From contig JANVYR010000001.1 in assembly GCA_030059665.1 (NCBI GenBank), positions 352,001 through 416,000 of the forward strand: DNA of 64,000 nt. Reading direction: 5' to 3'. Numbering within the stretch: position 1 is the stretch's first letter; each line of letters opens with the position of its first letter. The stretch is from Candidatus Calditenuis fumarioli. GTDB lineage: Archaea; Thermoproteota; Nitrososphaeria_A; Caldarchaeales; Calditenuaceae. Positions 1 through 9,698 of this stretch are shown one piece after another. The notes under the pieces were generated by a model. It was not told the DNA's origin. It did not search any database and saw only the letters and a list, made by a program, of their open reading frames with translations. A program made the translations under genes and the position numbers.

Positions 1-1
1 G

Positions 2-916
2 GGAAGGAGGTTCCGGATGCCGTTGCTGATCGAAGGGATGACGGGAGGGACCGAGGAGGCCCTGAGGATAAACCGGGCGCTCGCGATGGCGGCCTCTGAG
101 CTGGGGATACCGATGGGCGTGGGGAGCCAGAGGGCCGGGATCCTGAACAGCGGGGTCCGGAGGACCTACACCGTCGCTCGTGAGGTGGCACCCGATGCCT
201 TCCTCATCGCCAACATAGGAGCTGCGCAGCTGGTCAAAGGCGGCGTCGATATGGCGAAGGATGCGGTCGAGATGCTGAGGGCTGACGCGCTGGCGATACA
301 CCTGAACGTCCTCCAGGAGCTGGTCCAGCCGGGAGGCGACACCGACTTCACCGGCGTCACCGACGCGATAGGCGATGCGGTGAGGGAGGTAGGGGTTCCG
401 GTGATCGTGAAGGAGGTGGGGTGCGGGATATCATATGAGGACGCGCTCGTGCTTCAGCGCACTGGCGTCAGGGCCGTGGACGTCTCCGGCTCAGGCGGCA
501 CCAACTGGACCGAGATAGAGCGTCAGAGGGCCCTCTCCGCCGGGGACGTTGAGAAGGCCTCGCTGGCGGAGGTCTTCAGGGAGTGGGGGATACCTACGGC
601 GGCCGCGGTCCTCGAGGTCTCCCGGGTCGAGGGCATAGAGGTGGTGGGATCAGGGGGGATACGGAGCGGGCTCGAGGTGGCGAAGGTCCTGGCGCTCGGA
701 GCCTCCATGGCTGGGATCGCGAGGCCCTTCCTGGCGGCCGCGGTCGAGGGCCCGGAAGCAGCGGTCGCACTTGCCAGAAGGATCGAGAGGGAGCTGAAGG
801 TTGCGATGGTCCTGACCGGCTCGAGGAACGTGGGCGACCTGCGGAGAGCACCGAGGGTCATCCTGGGGCCGCTGAGGGCCTGGTGCGAGCAGAGGGGGCT
901 GCTGGAGAGGGACTGA
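2..916 (+). CDS. fni: Type 2 isopentenyl-diphosphate delta-isomerase (FMN-dependent), 5' end truncated by the window
   Basis: Motifs MTGG, GVGSQR, ANIG, HLN, PVIVKEVG, GSGGT and SGGIRSG. The frame stays open back to base 2, so the true start is upstream of the window. Confidence 0.92.
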   Translation, partial: GRRFRMPLLIEGMTGGTEEALRINRALAMAASELGIPMGVGSQRAGILNSGVRRTYTVAREVAPDAFLIANIGAAQLVKGGVDMAKDAVEMLRADALAIHLNVLQELVQPGGDTDFTGVTDAIGDAVREVGVPVIVKEVGCGISYEDALVLQRTGVRAVDVSGSGGTNWTEIERQRALSAGDVEKASLAEVFREWGIPTAAAVLEVSRVEGIEVVGSGGIRSGLEVAKVLALGASMAGIARPFLAAAVEGPEAAVALARRIERELKVAMVLTGSRNVGDLRRAPRVILGPLRAWCEQRGLLERD

Positions 917-947
917 CCGTCTTCACGGAGCCACGGAAAAGTGGCGA

Positions 948-2129
948 TCAGTAACCGATCCCGACGGTGTTCCCGATGCCCGCGACTATGACCACTCCCT
1001 TCTCAGGTACGTACTTCCTGACGATCTCCTTCACCTTCTCCAGCGCCTGATCAGTGGCCTTCGAGATAGACTCCCTCATCGGGGTTATGGCCTCGGCGAT
1101 CGACTGGAAGATCGCGATGGCGTAGAGCGTCACGTTCTTCTCACGAGCGATCGTCTCGATCTTGAACTTGTCAACGCCTGGCCCTCCTATGGCGACCCCC
1201 GCGCCCTCCGCTATCTTTCCCGACTCCTCACCCTCCAGCTTCAACGCTGCGTCGATCGTGATCACCGCGTCCACCTTGCCCTCCATCTCGATCACCCTCT
1301 TTACGGCCTCTCCCGGCCTTCCGACGGTCCCTCCCGGGCCCTTCGCCCTGACGATGTAGACCTTCCTGCCCTCCCACTCGCCGAGCATGACGGTGGTGTC
1401 CTTGACCGACTCGTCGACCGTTACCGCGTTTATCTCCCGAGCGAACTTGGCCGCCACCAGGACGCCCGCACCGTCGCCGATCGGCTGGCCGTTGTAGAAC
1501 GCGAATGAAGCCTGGCGGTAGGCCTCGGCCAGCTCCAGGATCATCGGAAGCTGCATCTGTATCTGGATCGCGAGGAAGTAGTTGGATGTCCTGCGGCCGA
1601 GGAGGTAGTAGTGCCTGACGATGCGGTAGATCAGGTTCATGGCCCGGGCCACCTCGACGAGGTTGGTCAGCGTCTTGATCCTGTGAACGTCGTCCGTCTT
1701 GACGAGCGCCGCAACCTGGTCCTCGAACCTGTTCTCGCCTATCTCGAGGATGTGCTCGAGCTTGTAGACGACGCCGACCGGGTCCATGGACTCCGGTGCG
1801 ATGTAGAAGTAATCGAGGATGGTGTCCAGCCTCCTACCCAGCTCCTCGTCCGGAAGGTCTGAGCCCGCCTGCTTGATCGCGGTGATGGTGCGCTGCCTGA
1901 CGTCGTCCCTCATCAGCTTCAGCCTGTAGAGCTTCCGGTCGATGTCCCTCAGGACGTTCATCAGCTGGACCCTCTGGCCGAACATCGGGTAGAAGAAGAA
2001 GGACAGGAGGAGGAAGACGAACCAGAAGAGCATCAGCAGCGTAGAGTCCTCCGTTGGGGCCGTGGCCGCCGCGTTCAGCATCTCACTCGGTATTACTCCG
2101 GACACCTCGTTCCCCATGAACTCACTCAA
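948..2129 (-). CDS. DUF1512-like membrane-anchored archaeal protein
   Basis: One N-terminal TM helix; C-terminal PIGDGAG and TIDAALKLEGE motifs match my recollection of DUF1512. Start overlaps the scpB stop. Confidence 0.7.
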   Translation of the reverse strand: MSEFMGNEVSGVIPSEMLNAAATAPTEDSTLLMLFWFVFLLLSFFFYPMFGQRVQLMNVLRDIDRKLYRLKLMRDDVRQRTITAIKQAGSDLPDEELGRRLDTILDYFYIAPESMDPVGVVYKLEHILEIGENRFEDQVAALVKTDDVHRIKTLTNLVEVARAMNLIYRIVRHYYLLGRRTSNYFLAIQIQMQLPMILELAEAYRQASFAFYNGQPIGDGAGVLVAAKFAREINAVTVDESVKDTTVMLGEWEGRKVYIVRAKGPGGTVGRPGEAVKRVIEMEGKVDAVITIDAALKLEGEESGKIAEGAGVAIGGPGVDKFKIETIAREKNVTLYAIAIFQSIAEAITPMRESISKATDQALEKVKEIVRKYVPEKGVVIVAGIGNTVGIGY

Positions 2130-2755
2130 CGGTCCGTTTTAGGTTCTTCTGAAGCGTCCGGTTGGGGCGTCGAGTTTGGGCCGTCCCGCGGCTCGCCGGT
2201 GGGGGCATCGCCGGAGTTGGGAGGCCCTACACGCCCGATCAGCGAGGAGATGGCCCGCTTGACCTTCGCGGTCGAGCCCTCGACGCCGAGGAGCATCGCG
2301 AAGAGCTGCGAGGTCCTCAGGACCTTGGACCTCCCCTTCTGCTCCACCTCCACCAGCCCCAGCTCCTCCAGCTCCCGGACGTGGACGTAGGCCCTCGATC
2401 CCCTGACGGCAGCAACGGCTGACATCTCGATCGGTTGGTGGTACGCGATGAACGAGAGCGTCCTTAGGGTCCCCGGAGAGAGGAGGGAGCCCCTGTGGTA
2501 CCTCCTCACGATCGGCAGCAGCTCGTTTCGGAGGTGCATCAGGAACCTCTCCCCCGGCAGCTCGGAGACCGTGAAGGCCCTCCCCTGCTCGTCGTACTCG
2601 CGCTTGAGCTCCAGGACCAGCCTCACCAGCTCCCTCTTGCTCCTCCACCCCGTCGCCCTGGAGAGGGTCCTGAGGTCGACGGGCCTGTTGGAGGCGAAGA
2701 GGATCGACTCGATCACGAGCTTAGCCTCGCTCTCGCCAAGACGCTCACGCCGCAA
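2126..2755 (-). CDS. scpB: SMC-Scp complex subunit ScpB
   Basis: IESILFAS..P, LRTLSFIAYHQPI, V.G..AY.HV.EL.E.GLV and T..F motifs; in an operon with scpA and smc. Confidence 0.92.
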   Translation of the reverse strand: MRRERLGESEAKLVIESILFASNRPVDLRTLSRATGWRSKRELVRLVLELKREYDEQGRAFTVSELPGERFLMHLRNELLPIVRRYHRGSLLSPGTLRTLSFIAYHQPIEMSAVAAVRGSRAYVHVRELEELGLVEVEQKGRSKVLRTSQLFAMLLGVEGSTAKVKRAISSLIGRVGPPNSGDAPTGEPRDGPNSTPQPDASEEPKTDR

Positions 2756-3407
2756 CCCCGCTCACCGCCCTCACCAAAACTTTCCCCGTGAGCTCGTCCT
2801 GGAAGACGTCCACGTACCCCCTCATGGCCGCGAAGAGGAGGAGGATGATCCTCTTGACGGCTGCAGCCCTGTTCAGCCCCCTCACCAGCTCCTCCAGCGG
2901 GAACTCCGGCGCCCTCGAGAGGAGGGCCATCAGCTCGCGAAGGAACTCCTCGAACTCCTCCTCGATCTTGACGAGGTAATCGTCCACCTTAATGTCGACG
3001 TTGATCTGCTCGAACTTGGCGCTCTGGGCGCCAGCGCTCATCTTCTCCAGCACCCCCATCAGCTCCCTGACGACGTCCAGCAACGTCAGCGTCAGCACTT
3101 CCCCCCTAAGCGGTATCTCGATCGGCGGCGGAACCAGCAGGTCCGGTCGCTCGATGTGCCTCTCCCTCTCCTGCTCGTCGATCCGCTCGCTCTTCTCGCG
3201 GTGTATGACCGCAGCCGTGTAGATCGCGACGCCTGCCTGGCTGAGGGTGACCGAGAGGCCCCTGATCACCTCCGCGAGCTGCCTGAGGAGGGGGAGCAGC
3301 TTGACGTTCCAGGGCCTGAACCTCTTCAGCTCCGCCGGATTCAGCAGGAGCCTCCAGTCGGCCGCGACCCTCTCAGCTCTGACTCCCCTGCTCGCCAACC
3401 AGCTCAC
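2745..3407 (-). CDS. scpA: Segregation and condensation protein A (kleisin)
   Basis: N-terminal L.P.....PWNV..L and C-terminal winged helix (LLLFAAMRGYVDVFQDE); lies between smc and scpB with overlapping ends. Confidence 0.85.
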   Translation of the reverse strand: MSWLASRGVRAERVAADWRLLLNPAELKRFRPWNVKLLPLLRQLAEVIRGLSVTLSQAGVAIYTAAVIHREKSERIDEQERERHIERPDLLVPPPIEIPLRGEVLTLTLLDVVRELMGVLEKMSAGAQSAKFEQINVDIKVDDYLVKIEEEFEEFLRELMALLSRAPEFPLEELVRGLNRAAAVKRIILLLFAAMRGYVDVFQDELTGKVLVRAVSGVAA

Positions 3408-6400
3408 CCAGCTTTAGTGTTACCACGTTGGACGCCCCGTTCCTGCTGTAGACCCCGATGAGGAGGTCGGCCTTCTCGGCGACGATGTCCTTCAGGCTCA
3501 CCACGAGGATCTGGACCCTCTTCGACATCTCCTTGAGGAGGTTGGCGAGGTTCGAGGAGTAGTTCGCGTCGAGGTGGGCGTCGACCTCGTCGAAGATCAG
3601 GAAGTCGGCCGGAGTCAGCGACTGGAGCGCGAGTATCAGGGCCACCGCGGAGACCGACTTCTCCCCACCGCTAACGCCCCTCGTTGACCTCGGTGCCTTT
3701 CCGGGGAACCTCACCACCATCTCGATCCCTGACTCGAGGGGGTTGCCTGGGTCGGTGAACTCGAGCCACGCGTCGCCGCCGGTTAGGGCCCTGAAGAACT
3801 CGCCGAAACCCTCGGAGACCCTCTTCACCGTCGACTCGAGGACCCTGAGCTTCTCCCGGTCGATCTCCTCGATCAGCTTGAGGATCTCGTTCCTCTCCAT
3901 CTCGAGCTCCGCGATCCTCTCAGACCTCTGCTTGTACCCGGCGACCACCTCAACGTACTGCATCGGCGCGAGCTGGTTGACCAGCTGGATCTCGCCCAGC
4001 TCTGACTCCAAGGATGCCCTGATTTTCGCGGTGAGCTCAGGCGGAAGTGACGACAGGAGGCTCCTCGGCCCCTGCCTCAGCTCCATCAACCTCTCCTCGA
4101 GCGCCCTCCTCCGAACGGTGAGCTCGACCTCCGTGACCCTGAGCGACTCGAGCCTCGCCTCGATCTCCCTCAGCTGCGAGGAGACCCTCTCGCGCTCCTC
4201 CCTGTGCTGCCTGATCTTGGCTGAGACCTCGGCCGCCTCGGACCTGATCGCGTTAAGCTTCCCCCTCACGGCCTCGAGCTCCGACATGAGCGTTCTCAGC
4301 TCCCTCACCCTCTCCGCGTACCGGAGAGCGACGGCTTTGACGGCCTCCAGCATCCCGGCCCTCGTCCTCTCCACCTCCGCGAGGTAAGCGGTGGAAGATC
4401 TGGCCTCGCGCTCCGCGTTGGAGATCTCCGCTGCGACCGCTTCCCGTTCCCTCCGCAACCTGGAGAGCTCGGTCCTAAGCTCCGTAGCCCTCACCAGCAG
4501 CTCCCTCTGCCTCTCCCTCAACCTCGAAAGTTCCTCCCTCTCCTCGAGTGGTTCGGGGGGTGCGACCACCAATTCGATCTGGCGCTGAAGCTCCTCGTGC
4601 GCCGCCAACAGCTTTCGCTCCTCCTCAGCCAACCTCCCGAGCTCGGCCTCGATCCTCTGCCGCTCCTCGTTCAGCCTGGTCATCCTGCCCGAGATCTCCC
4701 CCCGTTCGCGCTGGAGGGATGACAGCCTTGAGTCCACGGCGCGCAGCGTCCCCTCCCTCTCCGAGACCAGGGACCTGAGCCCCGAGATCTCCCGATCCAC
4801 GGCCTCAGCTCTGGAAGAGAGCTCGGCTGCCCTCCTCTCCAGCTCAGGCACGAGGGATCTGAGGGTTTCAAGCTCTCGCCTGACCTCCGACTCGGAGAGC
4901 ACCTCGCCGACCGACTCGAAAATTCCACCTCTCCGCCGCACGGCGCCAGCAGAAGTCACCGACGTCATGCGGTCAGGGAACGAGGGGCGGTCGATGAGGA
5001 CCGCGTTCTCCAGCGCTATGTGGAGGGCAGCGGAGGCCTCCTTCGACGAGGTGCTCGAGAGGCACGCGAGGCACTTCCCGCTTTCGGACCTACAACCCTT
5101 CCACCCTTCGACGCTGATGACTCTGACCCTGAGTCCCAGCGAGCTCGCGGCCACCGCGATCGATGCGGCGTCCACATCGCGTCTCACCACGACCGCCTCC
5201 GTCAGATCACCCAGAAGACGGAGGACCAGCGACTCGAGGCCCTTCGGTGGCTCGAAGAGGTCCCGGAGGAGGCCGAGGGAGCCGGACCCGAGAACCGCCA
5301 GAAGTGCCCTCTGGACCTGACCAGCTCCTGGAGGGTTGAGGGTGGTCTCGACGGCGTTCGCCTCCGACTCGACCCTCGCCCTCAACTCGCGCAGGGAAGC
5401 GAGGGTGGTCCTGACGGCATCGAGTTCACTCATGAGGGATCCGATTTTCGCTTTCGCATCGCTTACCTCTGCGGTCAGGGCCGCCCTCTGCCTGTCCAGC
5501 TCCGCGAGCTCCTCTGAGATCTCCCTGAGCCTCGCCTCCAGCCTCGAGATCTCATCGCCGTGGGCCGTGAACCTCGCCCGAAGAGTGGAGACCCTGCCCC
5601 TGAGGTCGGTGAGCCTGCGCTCGACGTCGCTTATCCTCCGCTGGATTGCCTCCCTCTCCGCTGCCACAGAAGCGGCCCTTCTCTCCCACTCCCTCACGAC
5701 CGACTCGAGCCCCTTGATCCTCGAGTTGACGGAGCTCAGCTGAGACTCGACGGCCTCCAGCTCTGACGAGAGTGAAGCCGTTGCGGACTCGATCGCGCTA
5801 AGCCTGCTCCTCAACGACCTGACCCGCTCGTCGGCCGACCTCAGGGAGGACTCGATCTCGATCGCCCTCCTCCTCGCGTCCGCGTACCTCCTTCCCCTGT
5901 CCCTGATCTCGGCCTGAAGCCTCCCCATCTCCCTCCTCGCCTCCTCCGCAGCCGCAGAGAGCGAGGCCTCCCTCGACTCCAGCTCGGTGGACCTCTGCCT
6001 GATGGCCTCCGCCGACGCCTCCAGCCTCTCCAGCTCCGCGCTCACCGTCGACAACCTCGATCGGAGCTCCTCTGCCCTCGGACCCAGCTCAGACTTCTCC
6101 GAAGCCAGCGCGGCCAGCTCGGCGTCTATCCTTCCGATCTCCGCGGCTATCTCCTCCCTCCTCAGGGCCTCGAGCTCCTCCTCGATGAACCTCCTCCTGC
6201 TCAGGTCGAACCACTCGGCCTCGAGCTGCTTGATCCTCTTCCTCACCTCGGACGCCGCTGCCTTGGCGACGGCCACGTTCCGCTCCGCCCTCTCCAGCTC
6301 CTTCAGGGCCTCCTCCCTCCGCCGGTCGTACTCTCCGGTGCCGGCTACGTCCTCGATCAGCTTCCTCAGGTCCTCCGGTCCCATCTCGGCTATCCCGAGC

Positions 6401-6840
6401 ACCGCGCCCTGGGTGACGATGTTGAAGCCGGAAGGCCTGACGTTAGCGGTCGCGAGGATGCTGAGGAGGTCCGCCCTGCTGACGGACCTGTTGCCGACGA
6501 GGTACTGGCTCTCGCCGTTGGGGAGGAGCTTCCTAGTGATCACGACCTCGTCGTCGTCGACCGGGATCACCCTCTCCGAGTTGTCCAGGACCACCGTGAC
6601 CCTTGCCATGGGTGCGGTACCGCCCTCGGAGGACTGGTGGATCAGCTCCGAGAACCTCGAGACCCTGAGCGCGTGAGGGCTGAGCTCGCCGAAGGCGAAC
6701 TTGATCGCGTCAAGGATGTTGCTCTTCCCGCTACCGTTAGGTCCCGCGATCACCACGAGGCCCCTCGGCAGGTCTATCGCCTGCCTCCTGGGAGGAAAGG
6801 ACTTGAAGCCCTGGACGACGATCCGCTTGATGTGGACCAA
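3373..6840 (-). CDS. smc: Chromosome segregation protein SMC (condensin)
   Basis: GFKSF, Walker A GPNGSGKSN, long coiled coils around a central hinge, signature SGGEKS, Walker B FDEVDAHLD. Confidence 0.95.
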   Translation of the reverse strand: MVHIKRIVVQGFKSFPPRRQAIDLPRGLVVIAGPNGSGKSNILDAIKFAFGELSPHALRVSRFSELIHQSSEGGTAPMARVTVVLDNSERVIPVDDDEVVITRKLLPNGESQYLVGNRSVSRADLLSILATANVRPSGFNIVTQGAVLGIAEMGPEDLRKLIEDVAGTGEYDRRREEALKELERAERNVAVAKAAASEVRKRIKQLEAEWFDLSRRRFIEEELEALRREEIAAEIGRIDAELAALASEKSELGPRAEELRSRLSTVSAELERLEASAEAIRQRSTELESREASLSAAAEEARREMGRLQAEIRDRGRRYADARRRAIEIESSLRSADERVRSLRSRLSAIESATASLSSELEAVESQLSSVNSRIKGLESVVREWERRAASVAAEREAIQRRISDVERRLTDLRGRVSTLRARFTAHGDEISRLEARLREISEELAELDRQRAALTAEVSDAKAKIGSLMSELDAVRTTLASLRELRARVESEANAVETTLNPPGAGQVQRALLAVLGSGSLGLLRDLFEPPKGLESLVLRLLGDLTEAVVVRRDVDAASIAVAASSLGLRVRVISVEGWKGCRSESGKCLACLSSTSSKEASAALHIALENAVLIDRPSFPDRMTSVTSAGAVRRRGGIFESVGEVLSESEVRRELETLRSLVPELERRAAELSSRAEAVDREISGLRSLVSEREGTLRAVDSRLSSLQRERGEISGRMTRLNEERQRIEAELGRLAEEERKLLAAHEELQRQIELVVAPPEPLEEREELSRLRERQRELLVRATELRTELSRLRREREAVAAEISNAEREARSSTAYLAEVERTRAGMLEAVKAVALRYAERVRELRTLMSELEAVRGKLNAIRSEAAEVSAKIRQHREERERVSSQLREIEARLESLRVTEVELTVRRRALEERLMELRQGPRSLLSSLPPELTAKIRASLESELGEIQLVNQLAPMQYVEVVAGYKQRSERIAELEMERNEILKLIEEIDREKLRVLESTVKRVSEGFGEFFRALTGGDAWLEFTDPGNPLESGIEMVVRFPGKAPRSTRGVSGGEKSVSAVALILALQSLTPADFLIFDEVDAHLDANYSSNLANLLKEMSKRVQILVVSLKDIVAEKADLLIGVYSRNGASNVVTLKLGELVGEQGSQS

Positions 6841-6856
6841 CGCCCCACGACCTCAC

Positions 6857-6884
6857 CCTCAGGACAATATATCCGATCCTGAGG
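6857..6884. promoter_or_regulatory. 8-bp inverted repeat bracketing a TATA-like box upstream of smc
   Basis: CCTCAGGA (6857-6864) and TCCTGAGG (6877-6884) flank a 12-nt core that reads GATATATT on the minus strand, about 30 nt before the smc start. Confidence 0.45.
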
Positions 6885-6921
6885 CGTATCACCCTGAAAA
6901 CGCTCTGGGAATACTGAAGGA

Positions 6922-7431
6922 TCACTGACCCTGCTCCGTTGGGGACCTCTGGGCGAGCCTCTCCCTGATCGACCTGATGAGGTCCTCCGAGACGTCGGGC
7001 CTCCTCTCGAGGAAGTCTATCAAAGCGGAGATGATCTCGAGCGTGGAGGAGCTGAGCCCGTGCTCGATGAACTCGGCCTCCTCCTCCGCCGTCTCCGGAG
7101 GAACCCCCAGCTTCTCTAGGAACTTGACCAGGACCTCGTGCCTCCTCAGCACGCCTGCAGCCAGCTCCCTCCCGGATTCGGTGAGGACGAAGCCCCTGTA
7201 CTGCTCGTACTCGATGTATCCCAGCTGCCTCAGCCTCCGGAGCATCTTCGTGACGGCAGGAGGCTTCACGTTCAGGTGACGGGCGACGTCTTTCGAGGTC
7301 GCGAACCCCCTCACCTTCTCCAGCGCGTAGATCACCTCGAGGTAGTCCTCCACCTCCGGCATGGCTCTCCTGGCACGCCTGCTCCTGACCCGCCTCACCT
7401 GCTGCAGCACCTGCTCCTCCCTGCTCGCCAT
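6922..7431 (-). CDS. DtxR/MntR-family metal-dependent transcriptional regulator
   Basis: EDYLEVIY, wHTH VARHLNVKPPAVTKMLRRL, RRHEVL and EAEFIEH metal-site motifs; no FeoA domain. Confidence 0.9.
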   Translation of the reverse strand: MASREEQVLQQVRRVRSRRARRAMPEVEDYLEVIYALEKVRGFATSKDVARHLNVKPPAVTKMLRRLRQLGYIEYEQYRGFVLTESGRELAAGVLRRHEVLVKFLEKLGVPPETAEEEAEFIEHGLSSSTLEIISALIDFLERRPDVSEDLIRSIRERLAQRSPTEQGQ

Positions 7432-7482
7432 CCCCTCGGTTCCGCACCGAACGGCAATATTTCTGTGGCTCTCTGGAGCGAT

Positions 7483-8268
7483 TCAGGTGAAGAAACCGAT
7501 CAGGAAGAGCGCGAGGGCCGGAGCGAAGTGCTTCATCCACTCGGACCGGCTGTAGCTGAGGACCTTCAGTCCGTCCAGGGGCCCGAACGGGAGGAGGTTG
7601 AAGAAGGCGAGGAGCGCGTTGATCCTGGCCACCGTCAGCGTCAGGTGGATGAGCCGAGGTTCCGCTCCGAGCGCTGTCAAGCCGAATCCCAGTGCGAACG
7701 TGACCGAGGAGATGAGGGTGTTGGTGAGCGGCCCCACAGCTGCGACCTTCGCGAAAGTCCTGCTGTTGGGTGCGCCGAAGATGTTCACGGCACCGGGTGC
7801 TATCACCTTGAAAGGCGAGAGGATCGAGATTGCGGTGATCAGCGCCCCGATCGGCGATACCCTGAAGACCGCGAGGTAACCGTGTCCGATGGCGACGAAC
7901 TTGTGCGCGAGCTCGTGGACCAAGAACGAGAACACGAACGCCACCACTGCAGCCGCTGCGAAGACGGGCCCCAGACGTCCGAGGTCGAAGAGCGTGGCTC
8001 CGACGCCCGCGACCAGCAGCGCTCCGACCGAGAGGTGAAGCGCCTCCGAGGAGCTGATCCTGAGGGACGTCGAGGAGAGCCTGGCCTTGACCAGAGGGGC
8101 CGATTGGGACCTCTCCTCCATGGCCTTGATCTCGACCGGCGAACGGGCCTGGTGGAGGAACTCGCAGTCGTGGGCCTCGGGGAGCCTGTGCTCGGCGCAG
8201 TGGTAGCGACCGCAGTAGGCGCACCTGAAGGGCAGAACCTCCTCCCTCCCGCACTTCTCGCACCTCAT
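7483..8268 (-). CDS. AN1-type zinc finger fused to a site-2 (M50) intramembrane metalloprotease
   Basis: N-terminal C..C....LPF.C..CG..HC..H..PE.H.C; HELAH zinc motif; AGP and NLLPFGPLDG motifs in TM segments. Confidence 0.85.
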   Translation of the reverse strand: MRCEKCGREEVLPFRCAYCGRYHCAEHRLPEAHDCEFLHQARSPVEIKAMEERSQSAPLVKARLSSTSLRISSSEALHLSVGALLVAGVGATLFDLGRLGPVFAAAAVVAFVFSFLVHELAHKFVAIGHGYLAVFRVSPIGALITAISILSPFKVIAPGAVNIFGAPNSRTFAKVAAVGPLTNTLISSVTFALGFGLTALGAEPRLIHLTLTVARINALLAFFNLLPFGPLDGLKVLSYSRSEWMKHFAPALALFLIGFFT

Positions 8269-8454
8269 CGCCAGACGTCGCCCCTGTACCCAGCTTACGG
8301 AGCTACGCCCGCACCTCGGGTGATAACCCTTTTTCCGGGCCTGCAGGACTGCGAGTTCACCTGAGGGTCATGAGGCCGTCGATTCGTCGATGAGCTGCCC
8401 TCCGGAGACCGAACGGAAAAAGGCCGAACGATTGGACGGTCTACTCGATCGAAC

Positions 8455-9573
8455 TCAGGGGGAGTAGAGGATCTCGGGTCCCGGCTCCTTCGTCAGAACG
8501 CCCACCTCGACCGCCTTCGAGAACATGGTCGTCGTGACCGATTTGGCGTCGCTCCTCCAGATGGGTATGGTCAGGTACTGGACGTCCCTGGCGAGGATTC
8601 CGGAGAGCATCACGCCCCGCTCGACGTTCATGCCCTTGGCCAGTATCCTGTCCGCCTCCTCGGGGTTCCTCCGGATGAAGTCCTCGACCTCCTGGAACAT
8701 CGCTATCATCCTCTCGACGAAGCCGGGGTTCGCCTTCAGGAAGTCCTCCCTGACGGCGGTGACGAGGTAGACCGCGTAGGGCTGACCCGTGATCTCGCGC
8801 CAGAGGTCCTCGAAGCTGACGACCCTCCTGATGTTAGGGTTCTCCTTCCTGGCCAGAGAGATGTGCGGCTCCACGAGGACGGCCGCGTCGACCTCACCGG
8901 TGATGAGCCTGCTCCTGGCGACGGGGTAGGCAGATGGGACAATGGTGATCTCCTTCTCGACGTCGATGCCTACGGCCTTACCGTAGGTCTTCAGTACGAC
9001 GAACTCGGTAGCGCCCACGTCGATCGCCAGCTTCTTCCCCTTGAGGTCGGCGACCGACCTGATGTTCGGGTCCCTCGTGGCAATGATCACCGCGGACATG
9101 GGAACGAGCGTGTTGGTTATCTTCAGCTTCACGCCCTCGAGGTACATCCTCTGGAAGACCAGGGGCCCTCCACCTGGTATGACGTCCGCCTCGCCGCTCG
9201 AGATGGTGGCGTAGAACCCGGCGATCGTCGGCTGCGGCACCCATGTGATGTCGAGCCCGTGCTTCAGGTCGAAGCGCTTCTCCTGTATGATGAGCTGGAG
9301 GAACTGCATGTAGCTCGGGAACGCTATGCTAGCGAATCTCACCTTGATCGGTGCTGGCGGCGATGGCGTGACGGTTGCGGTCACTGTGACCGTCGTCTGC
9401 CTCTCGACCGTCGAGGTGACCGTCTCCCTCACGACCCGCGTAACCTCCTTGGCCGGGGCTACTGCAGGTCCAATGGCCAACGCTCCGATTACGAGCCCCA
9501 CCACCAATGCGACCACTATGAGCGCTCCCGCAACGGCACCCGAGATCCCGAGAGACCGCATAGCGTTTCTCAT
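8455..9573 (-). CDS. ABC transporter substrate-binding protein (SsuA/NMT1-like)
   Basis: N-terminal membrane anchor, Thr-rich linker, and I.SVADLKGKKLA and L..GEVDAAVL.EP motifs. Confidence 0.8.
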   Translation of the reverse strand: MRNAMRSLGISGAVAGALIVVALVVGLVIGALAIGPAVAPAKEVTRVVRETVTSTVERQTTVTVTATVTPSPPAPIKVRFASIAFPSYMQFLQLIIQEKRFDLKHGLDITWVPQPTIAGFYATISSGEADVIPGGGPLVFQRMYLEGVKLKITNTLVPMSAVIIATRDPNIRSVADLKGKKLAIDVGATEFVVLKTYGKAVGIDVEKEITIVPSAYPVARSRLITGEVDAAVLVEPHISLARKENPNIRRVVSFEDLWREITGQPYAVYLVTAVREDFLKANPGFVERMIAMFQEVEDFIRRNPEEADRILAKGMNVERGVMLSGILARDVQYLTIPIWRSDAKSVTTTMFSKAVEVGVLTKEPGPEILYSP

Positions 9574-9698
9574 GGACGCAAATCGAATCGCACCTCACTA
9601 TATTAATCACTTCTTGGACCGGGGATCTGTGACCAATTCTTAGCCCTAGCCACCGGTCCCTCACTCTGCCCGACACTGGACCATCGAAGCATCAATGA

